A DNA stretch of 63,969 nt, filler included, from an uncultured Methanoregulaceae archaeon (GTDB lineage: Archaea > Halobacteriota > Methanomicrobia > Methanomicrobiales > Methanospirillaceae): NCBI GenBank assembly GCA_964530035.1. It is 6 parts of 6 records of this genome, joined end to end, with 100 filler letters (N's around TTAATTAATTAA, not from the genome) between each part and the next. Parts side by side here need not be neighbours in the genome. Positions count along the whole stretch, not along the records: positions 47,410 to 58,950 come from CAZGXZ010000073.1; positions 59,051 to 63,969 come from CAZGXZ010000173.1; 4 more parts are not named here. One strand, 5' to 3'. Each line of letters begins with the position of its first letter. The first letter of the stretch is position 1. Position numbers and translations under genes: made by a program. Below, piece after piece: positions 54,811-63,969 of the stretch. The notes beneath the pieces are model-generated. The model searched no databases. It had not been told where the DNA came from and saw only the letters and a list, made by a program, of their open reading frames with translations.

Positions 54811-55668
54811 TTAAACCAGCGGTTTTGGTTCTCTCCCGCTGGTGACAGGCAATTGCGCCCCTGCAAGGTACAACGGGGTGGAGATTTCCGCACACTTTGC
54901 CAGGATAAGCTGTTTTCCAGCACGGGTCATTGCAAAGACAGGGACGCCTGAGCCCGCCTGAAGGAGTGCAACAGGCCCGGCAATTTCCCTGACCGCCCTG
55001 GACGCACAGGAGGTGATGATATCAGCGTTTTTAGCAAGGACACGCACATCCTCGTCACTCAGGCCGGTCGTATGCACCGCAATAACAAGTGCTCCGGGAT
55101 CAGCCTTTTTCACCGCCACAGCGATGTCAGCAGTCGCCACCGTGACCGCAAGGTGCCTGAACCCATGGTGATGAGCCAGCGAAATTGCTGCAACCGGGTC
55201 AATTGACGCCCGGTCCGGGTCAACCACGATCCCTCCCGCCTCAGCCAGGCGCCTTATGACGCCCTGGATCGGGGTAGTGCAGACCAGCCCCGACATTCGG
55301 CCGCCAGTCCCCTGGACGAGTTCGGGGGTTGAAGCAATGATAGATCCGGCCCCGTCACACGCGAGAATGGCCGCATCGAGGGTCCCTGCACGAATACCCC
55401 CGCATATCAGCTCCGATGCCCCGAACCCCACAAAATCGGCCCTGGCGAGCACCTCCCGGTCCTCCCTGCACATGCCAAATGCCTGGATCCTCCCGGCAAT
55501 GTTTGCCCGCGCCGATTCCCGGGTTATTGTTTCGACAGGTACGGCAAACCGTTTCGCAAGCGGACACTCGGTGATAAGGGGCTCTCCGACCTCTTCCACG
55601 ACCCCGTTCCGAATAACCATGCGGCACCTCCCGACGGCCTCAATCACGTGTTCATCCAGGTCTGTCAT
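54811..55668 (-). CDS. methanogenesis marker protein 8 (DUF2099)
   Basis: DEHVIEA.G, P.I.ECPL, FVGFGASE, CDGAG, VQG.GGRMSGL, VHTTG, CAS. Confidence 0.9.
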   Translation of the reverse strand: MTDLDEHVIEAVGRCRMVIRNGVVEEVGEPLITECPLAKRFAVPVETITRESARANIAGRIQAFGMCREDREVLARADFVGFGASELICGGIRAGTLDAAILACDGAGSIIASTPELVQGTGGRMSGLVCTTPIQGVIRRLAEAGGIVVDPDRASIDPVAAISLAHHHGFRHLAVTVATADIAVAVKKADPGALVIAVHTTGLSDEDVRVLAKNADIITSCASRAVREIAGPVALLQAGSGVPVFAMTRAGKQLILAKCAEISTPLYLAGAQLPVTSGREPKPLV

Positions 55669-55739
55669 GGTACAGTACTATCATTATTTCTCTTACATCA
55701 GGTATCTGGTACAGTATTTCCGGATAACGCCTGTCCTGC

Positions 55740-57161
55740 TCATGTCCGCCTTATCACCAGGATCCTCCCCTCGGTCATCTCCTCAATGGCGTACTTCGGA
55801 CCCTCCTTTCCCATGCCTGACCCTTTGATACCTCCGTATGGCATGTGGTCCATCCTGAAGGTGGGGATGTCATTGATGACAACTCCCCCGCACCGGATAT
55901 CGCGGTAAGCGGAGAGAATTCTTCCGATGTCGTGTGTAAAAACCCCTGCCTGGAGGCCGAATTCTGAAGCGTTCGTCCATTGAATGGCTTCCTCGAATGA
56001 ATCGTATGGCGTCAGCGTGATTACCGGGCCGAATATCTCGGTCCTGTTTACCTCCATATCAGGGGTGGTCTCCAGGAGGATGGTGGGGCTGACACACCTG
56101 CCGAGGCATCCACCGCCGGTCACCGCCACGGCCCCTCCCCCGAGGGCCTTCGTGATACTTGAAAGTACACGGTTTGTCGCCTCATCGCTGACAAGTGGGC
56201 CGATATCAGTCTCATGAGCGGAGGGGTCACCACATGACAGGTGGCTGCTCCGGTCCATGAGCTTTGAAACAAGGGCTTCAGCCACGGGCCGGTGTACAAA
56301 CACCCGCTGGACGGAAATACAGACCTGGCCGGAGAAGGAAAAACCCCCGGTCACGATCCTGTCGGCAGCCCGGTCAAGGTCGGCATCTGAGTGTACAATC
56401 GAGGCACCGTTTCCGCCAAGTTCAAGACAGGCCTTCTTTCGGCCTGCACGGGTCTTCAGGTGCCATCCTACCTCCGGGGACCCGGTGAAGGACAATACCG
56501 CGACACGGTCATCAGCGGCAAGCTTTTCTGCTATCGAGGTGCTGGAGGGCAGGACTGACAGGGCTTCAGGTACCATTCCCGCCTCGAGGAGTATCTCTCC
56601 AAGGATAAGTGCGGTCCTGGGTGCCTTCGACGATGGCCGCAGAATGACGGGAGCCCCGGCGGCAACAGCAGGAGCAATCTTGTGGCAGGCAAGGTTGACG
56701 GGAAAGTTGAAAGCTGTAATCCCGAGGACCGGTCCGACCGGGAACCGCCGGTAGATGCCGACATATCCCTCTCCGCCCGAAGACCAGTCGAGGGGCACCA
56801 CCTCTCCTCCGATCCGTCGCGCCTCTTCGGCCGCCGTCTGCACGGTCTCGCGTGATCGCTGAACCTCGATGGTTGCCAGTTTGATGGGTTTCCCCGTTTC
56901 GGCGGTGATCATGGCAGCGATTTCCGCCGCACGTTCCCCTATCCCGATGGAGAAATGGTTCAGGATGTCTGAACGCCTGAAGGCAGGCATCATGCGGGTT
57001 GTCTCGAATGCCCTGGAGGCCCGCACAAGGGCATCCTCCGCTTCAGGGTCTCCGGCAAGACACACCTGGTGGACCGGCTTACCCGTCCAGGGGGAGAGTA
57101 CCGGCAGGATGCTCACGGTCTGGCGCCACTCACCGCCTACAAGGCAAGGATATGTTTCCAT
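55740..57161 (-). CDS. aldehyde dehydrogenase family protein
   Basis: ITAFNFP, SFTGS, LELGGN, GQVCIS, EIFGP, MPYGGIKGSG.GKEG. Confidence 0.95.
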   Translation of the reverse strand: METYPCLVGGEWRQTVSILPVLSPWTGKPVHQVCLAGDPEAEDALVRASRAFETTRMMPAFRRSDILNHFSIGIGERAAEIAAMITAETGKPIKLATIEVQRSRETVQTAAEEARRIGGEVVPLDWSSGGEGYVGIYRRFPVGPVLGITAFNFPVNLACHKIAPAVAAGAPVILRPSSKAPRTALILGEILLEAGMVPEALSVLPSSTSIAEKLAADDRVAVLSFTGSPEVGWHLKTRAGRKKACLELGGNGASIVHSDADLDRAADRIVTGGFSFSGQVCISVQRVFVHRPVAEALVSKLMDRSSHLSCGDPSAHETDIGPLVSDEATNRVLSSITKALGGGAVAVTGGGCLGRCVSPTILLETTPDMEVNRTEIFGPVITLTPYDSFEEAIQWTNASEFGLQAGVFTHDIGRILSAYRDIRCGGVVINDIPTFRMDHMPYGGIKGSGMGKEGPKYAIEEMTEGRILVIRRT

Positions 57162-57220
57162 GACGTGAACCGTTCTGGTTCAAAGGTAAAAAAGGTAGAG
57201 GAGCCCTGCTACTCCTTTCG

Positions 57221-58150
57221 TTATTGGCGTGACCTGATAACCACCATGGCAGCGAGAATCCCACCGATGACCGGGATGATGCTCATCGGAGACTTCGTCG
57301 GGGTAGGAGATGGTGTTGTTTCCCTGGTTACGGGTTTTGTTGTCGGAGGTCTTGTCGTCAGGACCGTCCTGGGGGTGGGGGTGGCAGAGATCTCTGTCGG
57401 TGGGAGGGTGACGACCCGGAGCTGGTACATCTCGAGATTGTCAATATACCCTTCTGCATACCCACCGGTAGTTGAATAATCACCTACGGTAGTGAGGAGT
57501 ATCCGGTTGATATTCGTGAGTTCCGACCCGAGTGCCACATAGTATCCCCAGATCTGGAGGCCGGTGGATTTGTCGATGACCTTCATCGAGACGTTTCTCC
57601 CTGGTTTATTGTATGCGACGATGACATGGTAGGTGGTGTTTCCGGTAAATTCGGTCGTAGAGCCGCCGTAGCTTTCTCCTCTGCTCGTGACCTCCACCTT
57701 GTTGTTGTTCTGCGTTATCACTGACAGGGCCATGAGATTCCGTGACCGCTCGTTGTAAAAGGAGCTGATCAGGATCGGGCCCCGGGTGATATCCATCCTG
57801 TGGTCCCCGAGACCGAACCTGAAGGCCGTGTCTTTATCAGTCGTTACCGGTGTCACATCATACTCGATGAAACACGAATCCAGAGGGAATTCTACAGGGA
57901 CATAGGCATACGCTGCTGTTGCACCTATCATCCGGTAATGAAGTGCCTTGTTGGAAAAATCCCAGTTATAACTATTCTGACTGTTCGTCTTCCACCCTCC
58001 TTCGGAGGTAAAGGGGTCAATTGAAAAATCATTGGCATAGATAAGGTTTTTCCCATCGTTTGCGGCGACGGGCGAAGGAATGAGCAATGCCGCAAGGATA
58101 AGGAAGATACCTGCGGCAAGAATACAGAGAGGAGACTGTTTTTCATCCAT
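57221..58150 (-). CDS. secreted surface protein (beta-sandwich-like) with Thr/Pro linker and PTKSP-TM-basic tail
   Basis: Signal peptide; beta-rich domain; T/P-rich stalk; C-terminal TM followed by RSR. Confidence 0.8.
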   Translation of the reverse strand: MDEKQSPLCILAAGIFLILAALLIPSPVAANDGKNLIYANDFSIDPFTSEGGWKTNSQNSYNWDFSNKALHYRMIGATAAYAYVPVEFPLDSCFIEYDVTPVTTDKDTAFRFGLGDHRMDITRGPILISSFYNERSRNLMALSVITQNNNKVEVTSRGESYGGSTTEFTGNTTYHVIVAYNKPGRNVSMKVIDKSTGLQIWGYYVALGSELTNINRILLTTVGDYSTTGGYAEGYIDNLEMYQLRVVTLPPTEISATPTPRTVLTTRPPTTKPVTRETTPSPTPTKSPMSIIPVIGGILAAMVVIRSRQ

Positions 58151-58252
58151 AATACAATCCCGGACCATTGGTGAGTATACTTTGAGGTAGTACGCCTTCA
58201 GCCATATACTTACTCAAAATGCCCATATCATGGGCCAAATAAAAAAAGGTGA

Positions 58253-58950
58253 TTATTCCATCTTGTAGGACTCGGCGCCTCCACGGTACGTGAGGACGAG
58301 GTCCTTTTTATCCAGGTTCATCCTGCCCCAGGTGTCAGGTCGGAGTCCGGAAAAAACGATCCTCTTCGTCGGGTCGTCGGCGACTTTCGCTGCATTCACC
58401 GTCAGGTCGACGGGGTGTGATTTGCCGGGATGACGAGGGTCAGGGTGGAAATATAACTGTCATACTGCCTGATGTCAATGTTCGTTGCTATACCCCGGGC
58501 GATCTGCTTGCCATTGATGAACATGGTCACGTCATCGTAGGAAAGCTCGGTAATCTGCGTGTCTGAGGCGGTGAGGTGTATCTGGGTGCTCCCTCCAAAG
58601 ATCAGCTGGACAACATCATCCTTTCCGATACCATACTGGGTTCCTCCAATCTTGATGAACGAGTGGTCATCCCGTACCCTGAACTGGATAAACCCTCTCG
58701 GTTCGATAAATCCGTCCTGGCTGTTGATAAGATTGATATCAACAATATTTGGGGCCTTTACCGTTATATAATCCGAAAGGATCTTCGAATTGGAGCCGAA
58801 TGAATTCGTTACAGAGAGGCTTACCGAGTACGTCCCCGGGGTGGTATAGATATGTGCAGGGTTCTGTTCGACCGATCCCAGCCCGTCACCAAAGTTCCAC
58901 GCATAGGATGTCGGTCCTCCCGTGGAAAGGTCCGTGAACTGGACCGACAA
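58253..58950 (-). CDS. PKD-domain surface protein, 5' truncated, with a frameshift near 58412-58415
   Basis: VQFTDLSTGGPTSYAWNFGDG...QNPAHIYTTPGTYSVSL is a PKD domain; after the stop at 58402 a shifted frame continues VDLTVNAAK...YRGGAESYKME* to 58253. Confidence 0.8.
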
Positions 58951-59050
58951 NNNNNNNNNNNNNNNNNNNNNNNNNNNNNNNNNNNNNNNNNNNNTTAATT
59001 AATTAANNNNNNNNNNNNNNNNNNNNNNNNNNNNNNNNNNNNNNNNNNNN
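58951..59050. other. artificial contig linker
   Basis: N pad with TTAATTAATTAA. Confidence 0.98.
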
Positions 59051-60574
59051 TCCGGGACAGTTGTCCACCGTATCAGCTACGCCGTCATTGTCATCGTCAG
59101 GGTCAGAGTCATCTCCTATTCCGTCTTCATCAGTGTCCAGGCTGACTGTTACCGTCACCCACGCGATCACCGATTCCGCTTCTCCATCTGAAATGCTATA
59201 ACTGAATGCTGCCGTCCCGGTAAAACCTTCAGGGGGTGTGTAGGTAACAGAGCCATCAGGGTTCAGGGAGGCCTGACCGTTTTCCGGGAGGGAATGCAGG
59301 ACCACCAGAAGAGGGAATGCCTCGCTGTCCGAGTCATTGGAAAGGACCTCGATTACGACAGGAGTGTTTTCAAGGGTATTGGCAGAATCATCTACGGCAA
59401 CGGGAGCGTCATTGACCCATTCTGTAAACCAGAGCTCACCGTCCCACGAACCGGGCGTGTAGTCAGTGACCTTGTAAAACGCGATCCTGGCCCGGTCCTT
59501 CTCATTAAGACAGAGTGATGTGTATTTTCCGTCGTCACCGCCACCATACATATTCGTTGTCGAACCAAGGTGTTCTGTAACCGTGATCGGCTGTATATCC
59601 CAGATTTCTCCTTTCTGCCGGGCGTACTTCAGGTCGCCAGACTCGTAGAAATAGACGATGTTTGCCCGGTCATACGAATCGATAGCGAGCGATGAGAACT
59701 TGCCGACATCGCCCGTGACGGTCCCGTCGCTCCGGATGCCCTCCGATTCTACGACCTCCGTGTGCCAGCCTGACCCGTCCTTCCACGCATACACCAGGTC
59801 GTTTTTGGGATAATAATCAAAATAACTGATGCGGGGGTTGTTCTGACTGTCGAATGCGAGAGAAAGGTAGATACCAAAGGTATCTTTCACGACTTCCGTT
59901 TGCCATTCGGTCCCATCAAACCAGGCATATTTGACGTCCTGGTTATATGCGTCGAGATAGGCGATACCCGGGCGGCCGTTTCCATCNNNNNNNNNNCCGA
60001 CATCGTTGTTATTGTCGGTTACCGTAACATCCCAGCCAGCCCCCTGTGATACGGCGTACTTCAGGATGTCGTTCTGACCGACGGGATTATCATCGTAATA
60101 GGCGATATGGCGAGTGTTGCCGGCGTCAAGGACAAGTGAAGAATCCCATCCTGCTGATGTGTCGACCACGTGGATAACCCAGATCCCTCCCTCTTTTACC
60201 GCGTAATTCAGGGTATCATGGGTCACATCATAATAGGCGATCTCAGGGTTGCCCTCCTGGTTGAATGCCAGCGAGCTCGCCCTTCCAACGTCTCCCATCG
60301 CACCTGCCACATCCCCTGTGTCAACTGTTTCGACCTGCCACTGGGAACCGTCCCACCGTGCAAATTTGAGATCTCCCAGGGTTGCGTCATAATAACTGAT
60401 GCCAGGGTTTCCTGGCGGATCAAGGGCGAGTGATTGTGTCCAGCCCACATTTCCCTGGTCGTCAACCTTCTCAACGGACCATGAAGCGTTTACACCTGAA
60501 ATACAGAAAATTACAAGAAGAAATGTCAAAATCGTGCATGTAAGACCCACATGCCGGGTTCTGATCAAGTCCAT
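59051..60574 (-). CDS. large surface protein: beta-propeller-like repeats + Ig/cadherin-like (Big_9-type) domain + thrombospondin type-3 repeats (3' truncated; 10-N gap at 59987-59996)
   Basis: Repeated SLA.D..G.P.I.YYD....LKYA....W; NDAPVAVDD...VLSNDSD...DGSVTYTP; DTDEDGIGD..DPDDDNDGVAD..DNCP. Confidence 0.85.
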
Positions 60575-61198
60575 AATATTTTCTACTACCCATAGAGAAT
60601 AATTAAAATTTCGCAGAATATTAACATAAATCGTCATTTCTATCAATAAAACGTATATTTTATCGGATTACTTCCCTCGCCATCACTATATACCGGGGGA
60701 ACTACCTGTCCGACCATAATTACATTATGGGCAAACGGTCTGATAGGAGAATAAATAACCTGAAATAAGGGATTTATACTGACATCTCCATAAATTTTCA
60801 AGAATTATCCTTTTTTCGAGTGGGAGTTTCCGGATGAATACCTGTGTAAGACCACTCTATCAAATGGCCAAACCAGCAGCAACTGATGAATAGAGAAAAT
60901 CCACGAATCATCACCCTCTAACTGACCCAGATGGCGGGTGGTCCAACGGACCGGTGCCTTTGTTCACCAGGTCAGCCCAGCGGAAGCAGGCCTGATAGTC
61001 AGGTCAGGGCAGGCCTTCGGACCGACCGGGACATTCCGGGCAGATTGCGACAGTGCATATTAAAAAGGCGTATCATGGGCAGGTACCATCATGTACCTTT
61101 TTTCCCTTTCTTTCGCACAGAACCTGTCGCACGATACGTCGGTCCATGAACAGGCAACCTTCACCTCCCCGTCCAGATAAAAAACGGTAAATCCGGAC

Positions 61199-62710
61199 TC
61201 ACCGCTTGCTAAACGTGACCTTCCAGGTACTGAATTCAGGGATGAACAGGTTCGGGTTCGCCGGGCAGGTGTCGCAGACCCCTCTCGGTTCCTGGAGGTA
61301 CATCTCCTGGGAAACAGGGTCGTTCGTCGCCGGGGTGAACGGGATGTCCGTGTCGGTCTGGATGACGTAGCGGTATGGGTCGAGGCTTCCGAAGTAATAC
61401 TCCCTGAACTGTTGTCGCTGGTCAGGGGTCGCATTGTGGGACCAGTCGCCGCTCTCTGCCGCGGTGACGTCGACCGGGACCCACCCGTACCCTTCGAGGT
61501 AGTATTCCGCCCAGAAATGGGTCCCGGGTGTCCCGGTGATCATCTGGTAGCCTCCCACCGCCCGGGCCGGGATGCCAATGGAACGGCAGAGGGCGGTAAA
61601 GTACATGCTCTGGGAACCGCAGTCACCGACCCCGGTTGAAAGGACATAGGCGGACTCGGGAGTCATCGAAGCATCAAGCCAGGCATGGGGTGCCTTGCTG
61701 TACGGGAGGGTGGTGACGATATGCTGGTAGATCTTCTGTGCCCGGAGGTAGGGGTTTGTCTCGTTTCCGACGATTTCGAGCGCCTTTTGCTTCATTTCCG
61801 GCGTGATGACCGTATTTCTCCCGGGAGCGGTATACATCAGGTACAGGGGAGAGGTCGTGTTGTAGGGCTTCACCCGTGCAGGGTCGATGGAAAACCGCTG
61901 TTCGTGCTGGTCGTACCGGAACCGTGCGGTCAGGTTGATGAAGGGACCGGTCTCCTCATCCAGAGGGACCTCGAAATACCCGAGGCCGAGGTAGGCATCA
62001 GTACCGGTTGCGTATTTAGCATACTTCGCCGGCTCGACCGGGACGATGGTTACATTGGTCTGTGACCCGGTCGCCACCGGGAGGGGTATCCAGAGCCTGA
62101 ACGTCCCGGTCCTGGGAAGGGCGTCTCGCGGAAACGAGAGTTCCTCGAGGCCTTCATAGGAAACCGGCTCTCCATACGGCCCGGCCCCGGGCTCCCACGG
62201 TGTGGTGACCAGGGGGATAACCTCGTCGTAGATGGGAGTGTGGTTCATGGCAGCGGTTTTCTGCCGCATGAGGGGCAGGTTATGGTTCAGGATATTGCTC
62301 TTGATACCTGAGAAGTACCACGTTTCCCCGTCACTTTTCAGGGTCACATTCATCGGACCGTCCAGCCATGCTGCCCGTTCTGCGGCTGATGCGGTGGGGT
62401 AAGCGTCTGCGACGATCCGTTCGACCGTGCTCCGGTTGTACGGGAAGTCAGTCGTCATCATCCTGGCCGTCGCCGCCCGGTCACGGGCTTTTCCGGCTGA
62501 AACGGTGTCACCGGCTGCCAGGAACTCCTGCTGCGCCCGGGTGAACAACGCTTCGGCGGCATGGTAGTTGTGGTTTGAAAATTCGTTTTCTCCCTGGGCA
62601 AGGGGCGGATCACCCTTCGATGCCTGGGGGGTCGCCGGACCGGACGTGCATCCTGCGATGAGCACGGCGGCTGCACAGAGGATGAGGATGGGAATCAGGA
62701 GTTGTTTCAT
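61199..62710 (-). CDS. transglutaminase-like domain lipoprotein
   Basis: Lipobox IAGC; catalytic triad GDCGSQ / THFWAE / WVPVDVT; ALCRSIGIPAR. Confidence 0.9.
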   Translation of the reverse strand: MKQLLIPILILCAAAVLIAGCTSGPATPQASKGDPPLAQGENEFSNHNYHAAEALFTRAQQEFLAAGDTVSAGKARDRAATARMMTTDFPYNRSTVERIVADAYPTASAAERAAWLDGPMNVTLKSDGETWYFSGIKSNILNHNLPLMRQKTAAMNHTPIYDEVIPLVTTPWEPGAGPYGEPVSYEGLEELSFPRDALPRTGTFRLWIPLPVATGSQTNVTIVPVEPAKYAKYATGTDAYLGLGYFEVPLDEETGPFINLTARFRYDQHEQRFSIDPARVKPYNTTSPLYLMYTAPGRNTVITPEMKQKALEIVGNETNPYLRAQKIYQHIVTTLPYSKAPHAWLDASMTPESAYVLSTGVGDCGSQSMYFTALCRSIGIPARAVGGYQMITGTPGTHFWAEYYLEGYGWVPVDVTAAESGDWSHNATPDQRQQFREYYFGSLDPYRYVIQTDTDIPFTPATNDPVSQEMYLQEPRGVCDTCPANPNLFIPEFSTWKVTFSKR

Positions 62711-63024
62711 CGGACACCAGCCAGGGGCCTGATAAGTCCTCGGGAGCCATCCCCCATTAAGGTTGGGAAATGTTCCCGGCGGGATATTTTGAGCTCTTCA
62801 AGCTGCAACGCCATGAGAGGATGGTGAGCGTGTATCCTCCGGGCTGTCATTACAACCCAGTTCTTTTGAGTACTGTTTCGTTCCCCATCTGACGGATACC
62901 GGGACTCCCGGAAAAAAAGGACGGGACCCAGGTGCAATACCCGAATGCCCCTGCCAGCGCCTTCCCGGAGACGTATATCGGGTCTGGATACAATAAGGGG
63001 GACATCTTTGGGAAGAACGAGACC

Positions 63025-63378
63025 TCAACAGACCTCAATCTTCATGCCCTCTGACTCGAGGTACTGCAGCCCCCATTCGCGGATTGCCTCAAAAACCGGG
63101 AAGAGGGCCTTCCCGTACCCGGTCAGTGCATATTCGACGCGGGGAGGGATTTCAGGAAACACGGTCCTCGACAGTATCTTCTGTGCTTCAAGTTCACGGA
63201 GGTGAATGGTAAGGGTATTCGAGTTCACCCCATGCATCCTTTTCTGAAGATCGGTGAACCGGAGAGCATGGTCCCGGAGGTGCCAGATAATGAGGATGTT
63301 CCACCTGCTTCCCATGACCTCAATGAATAGTTCTACGAGGCACCTGGATTTTTTATTCGATTTGAACAAATTTATCAC
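63025..63378 (-). CDS. HxlR/DUF24 winged-helix transcriptional regulator
   Basis: C.VE....VMGSRWNILIIWHL, LRFTDL, LRELE, PPRVEYALT..G. Confidence 0.92.
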   Translation of the reverse strand: MINLFKSNKKSRCLVELFIEVMGSRWNILIIWHLRDHALRFTDLQKRMHGVNSNTLTIHLRELEAQKILSRTVFPEIPPRVEYALTGYGKALFPVFEAIREWGLQYLESEGMKIEVC

Positions 63379-63476
63379 AATAGTTATTTTTTCATTACTA
63401 TATTAGTTATCCTTCCCTATTGTATATAAGTAACTAAAAGGACATTGAGGTATAATAAAACAACAGGAGGAGGAAA

Positions 63477-63969
63477 ATGGAGAAGATGGGTCCGCAGTGT
63501 GCCCAATGTACGGTCCTGAGATGCGGTGCGGCAGAAAAGAAGGGAGCAATACCGCCATCCTGTCCCACGGTTGCATATGCGGATTTAATCGGGGAAATAA
63601 AGGAAAAGTACCGTCTACCTGAAAACAAGGCCGTTCTTGAGGGATGGCAGGGTATGATGGGCAGGGTCATGGACCCGGAAAAGCCCTGGCAAAAATTATC
63701 CTGGACCAGGGTTGACGAGGTCATGGAGTATGCACGGGTACGGGGAATGAAAAAAATGGGTATCGCCACGTGCTATGCTCTCCTGCCTGAATCAAAACTC
63801 CTGTCCGCTATCCTTGAGGCCAATGGGTTCGAAGTCGTCTCCGTTTCCTGTCTCTGCGGGGAAATACACCCGCAGCACATGGGAATGCAAGGGAATGTCT
63901 TCTGTAACCCGATTATGCAGGCCGAAGTGCTCAACCGCGAAAAAACCGACCTGAACCTCATGGTCGGAC
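63477..63969 (+). CDS. DUF1847 family Cys-rich protein (runs off window end)
   Basis: Not in the ORF track. Translation from ATG 63477 (AGGAGGAGG RBS): CAQC...C...CP...WTRVDEVMEYAR..GMKKMGIATC...SVSCLCG...CNPIMQAEVLN..KTDLNLMVG. Confidence 0.85.
   Translation, partial: MEKMGPQCAQCTVLRCGAAEKKGAIPPSCPTVAYADLIGEIKEKYRLPENKAVLEGWQGMMGRVMDPEKPWQKLSWTRVDEVMEYARVRGMKKMGIATCYALLPESKLLSAILEANGFEVVSVSCLCGEIHPQHMGMQGNVFCNPIMQAEVLNREKTDLNLMVG

Overview
The window comes from a methanogenic archaeon, most likely Methanomicrobiales (Methanoregulaceae/Methanolinea-like). Evidence: gatDE, uL16/L10e, Alba, RaSEA, F420-type fdhAB, methanogenesis marker 8, gyrAB and DUF5350. It is not contiguous chromosome. Six contigs are joined by five 100-bp N-TTAATTAATTAA-N linkers, and the four complete contigs fall in length (11798, 11697, 11620, 11541 bp), so neighbourhoods across linkers carry no information. 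Contigs 1, 2, 4 and 5 are mostly housekeeping: korA/D, an ABC transporter, argH, gatDE, tRNA-Ser, hypC, cobD/cobY, cdrS-ftsZ, albA, asd, gyrAB, cbiOQ, GGR, pth2, truD and fdhAB. Contig 3 (23893-35589) is an accessory membrane/ion island holding two of the most unusual items. (i) Two diverged, inverted copies of a ~720-bp non-coding composite element, each built from 186-bp and 96-bp modules with IS903-like terminal inverted repeats around a structured GC-rich core. (ii) A translationally coupled five-gene operon of unknown function: a CDC48-N-like/RCK_C fusion, a membrane-anchored coiled coil, and three paralogous 'YxD..EWxL' coiled-coil proteins. Other notable items are an 11-bp-phased array of five TGTCAGACA palindromes before cdrS-ftsZ, an apparently circularly permuted NMT1/SsuA-type binding protein, and a shared PTKSP-TM-RR C-terminal tail on two surface proteins. 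All family calls are from motif recognition by eye; no searches were run.
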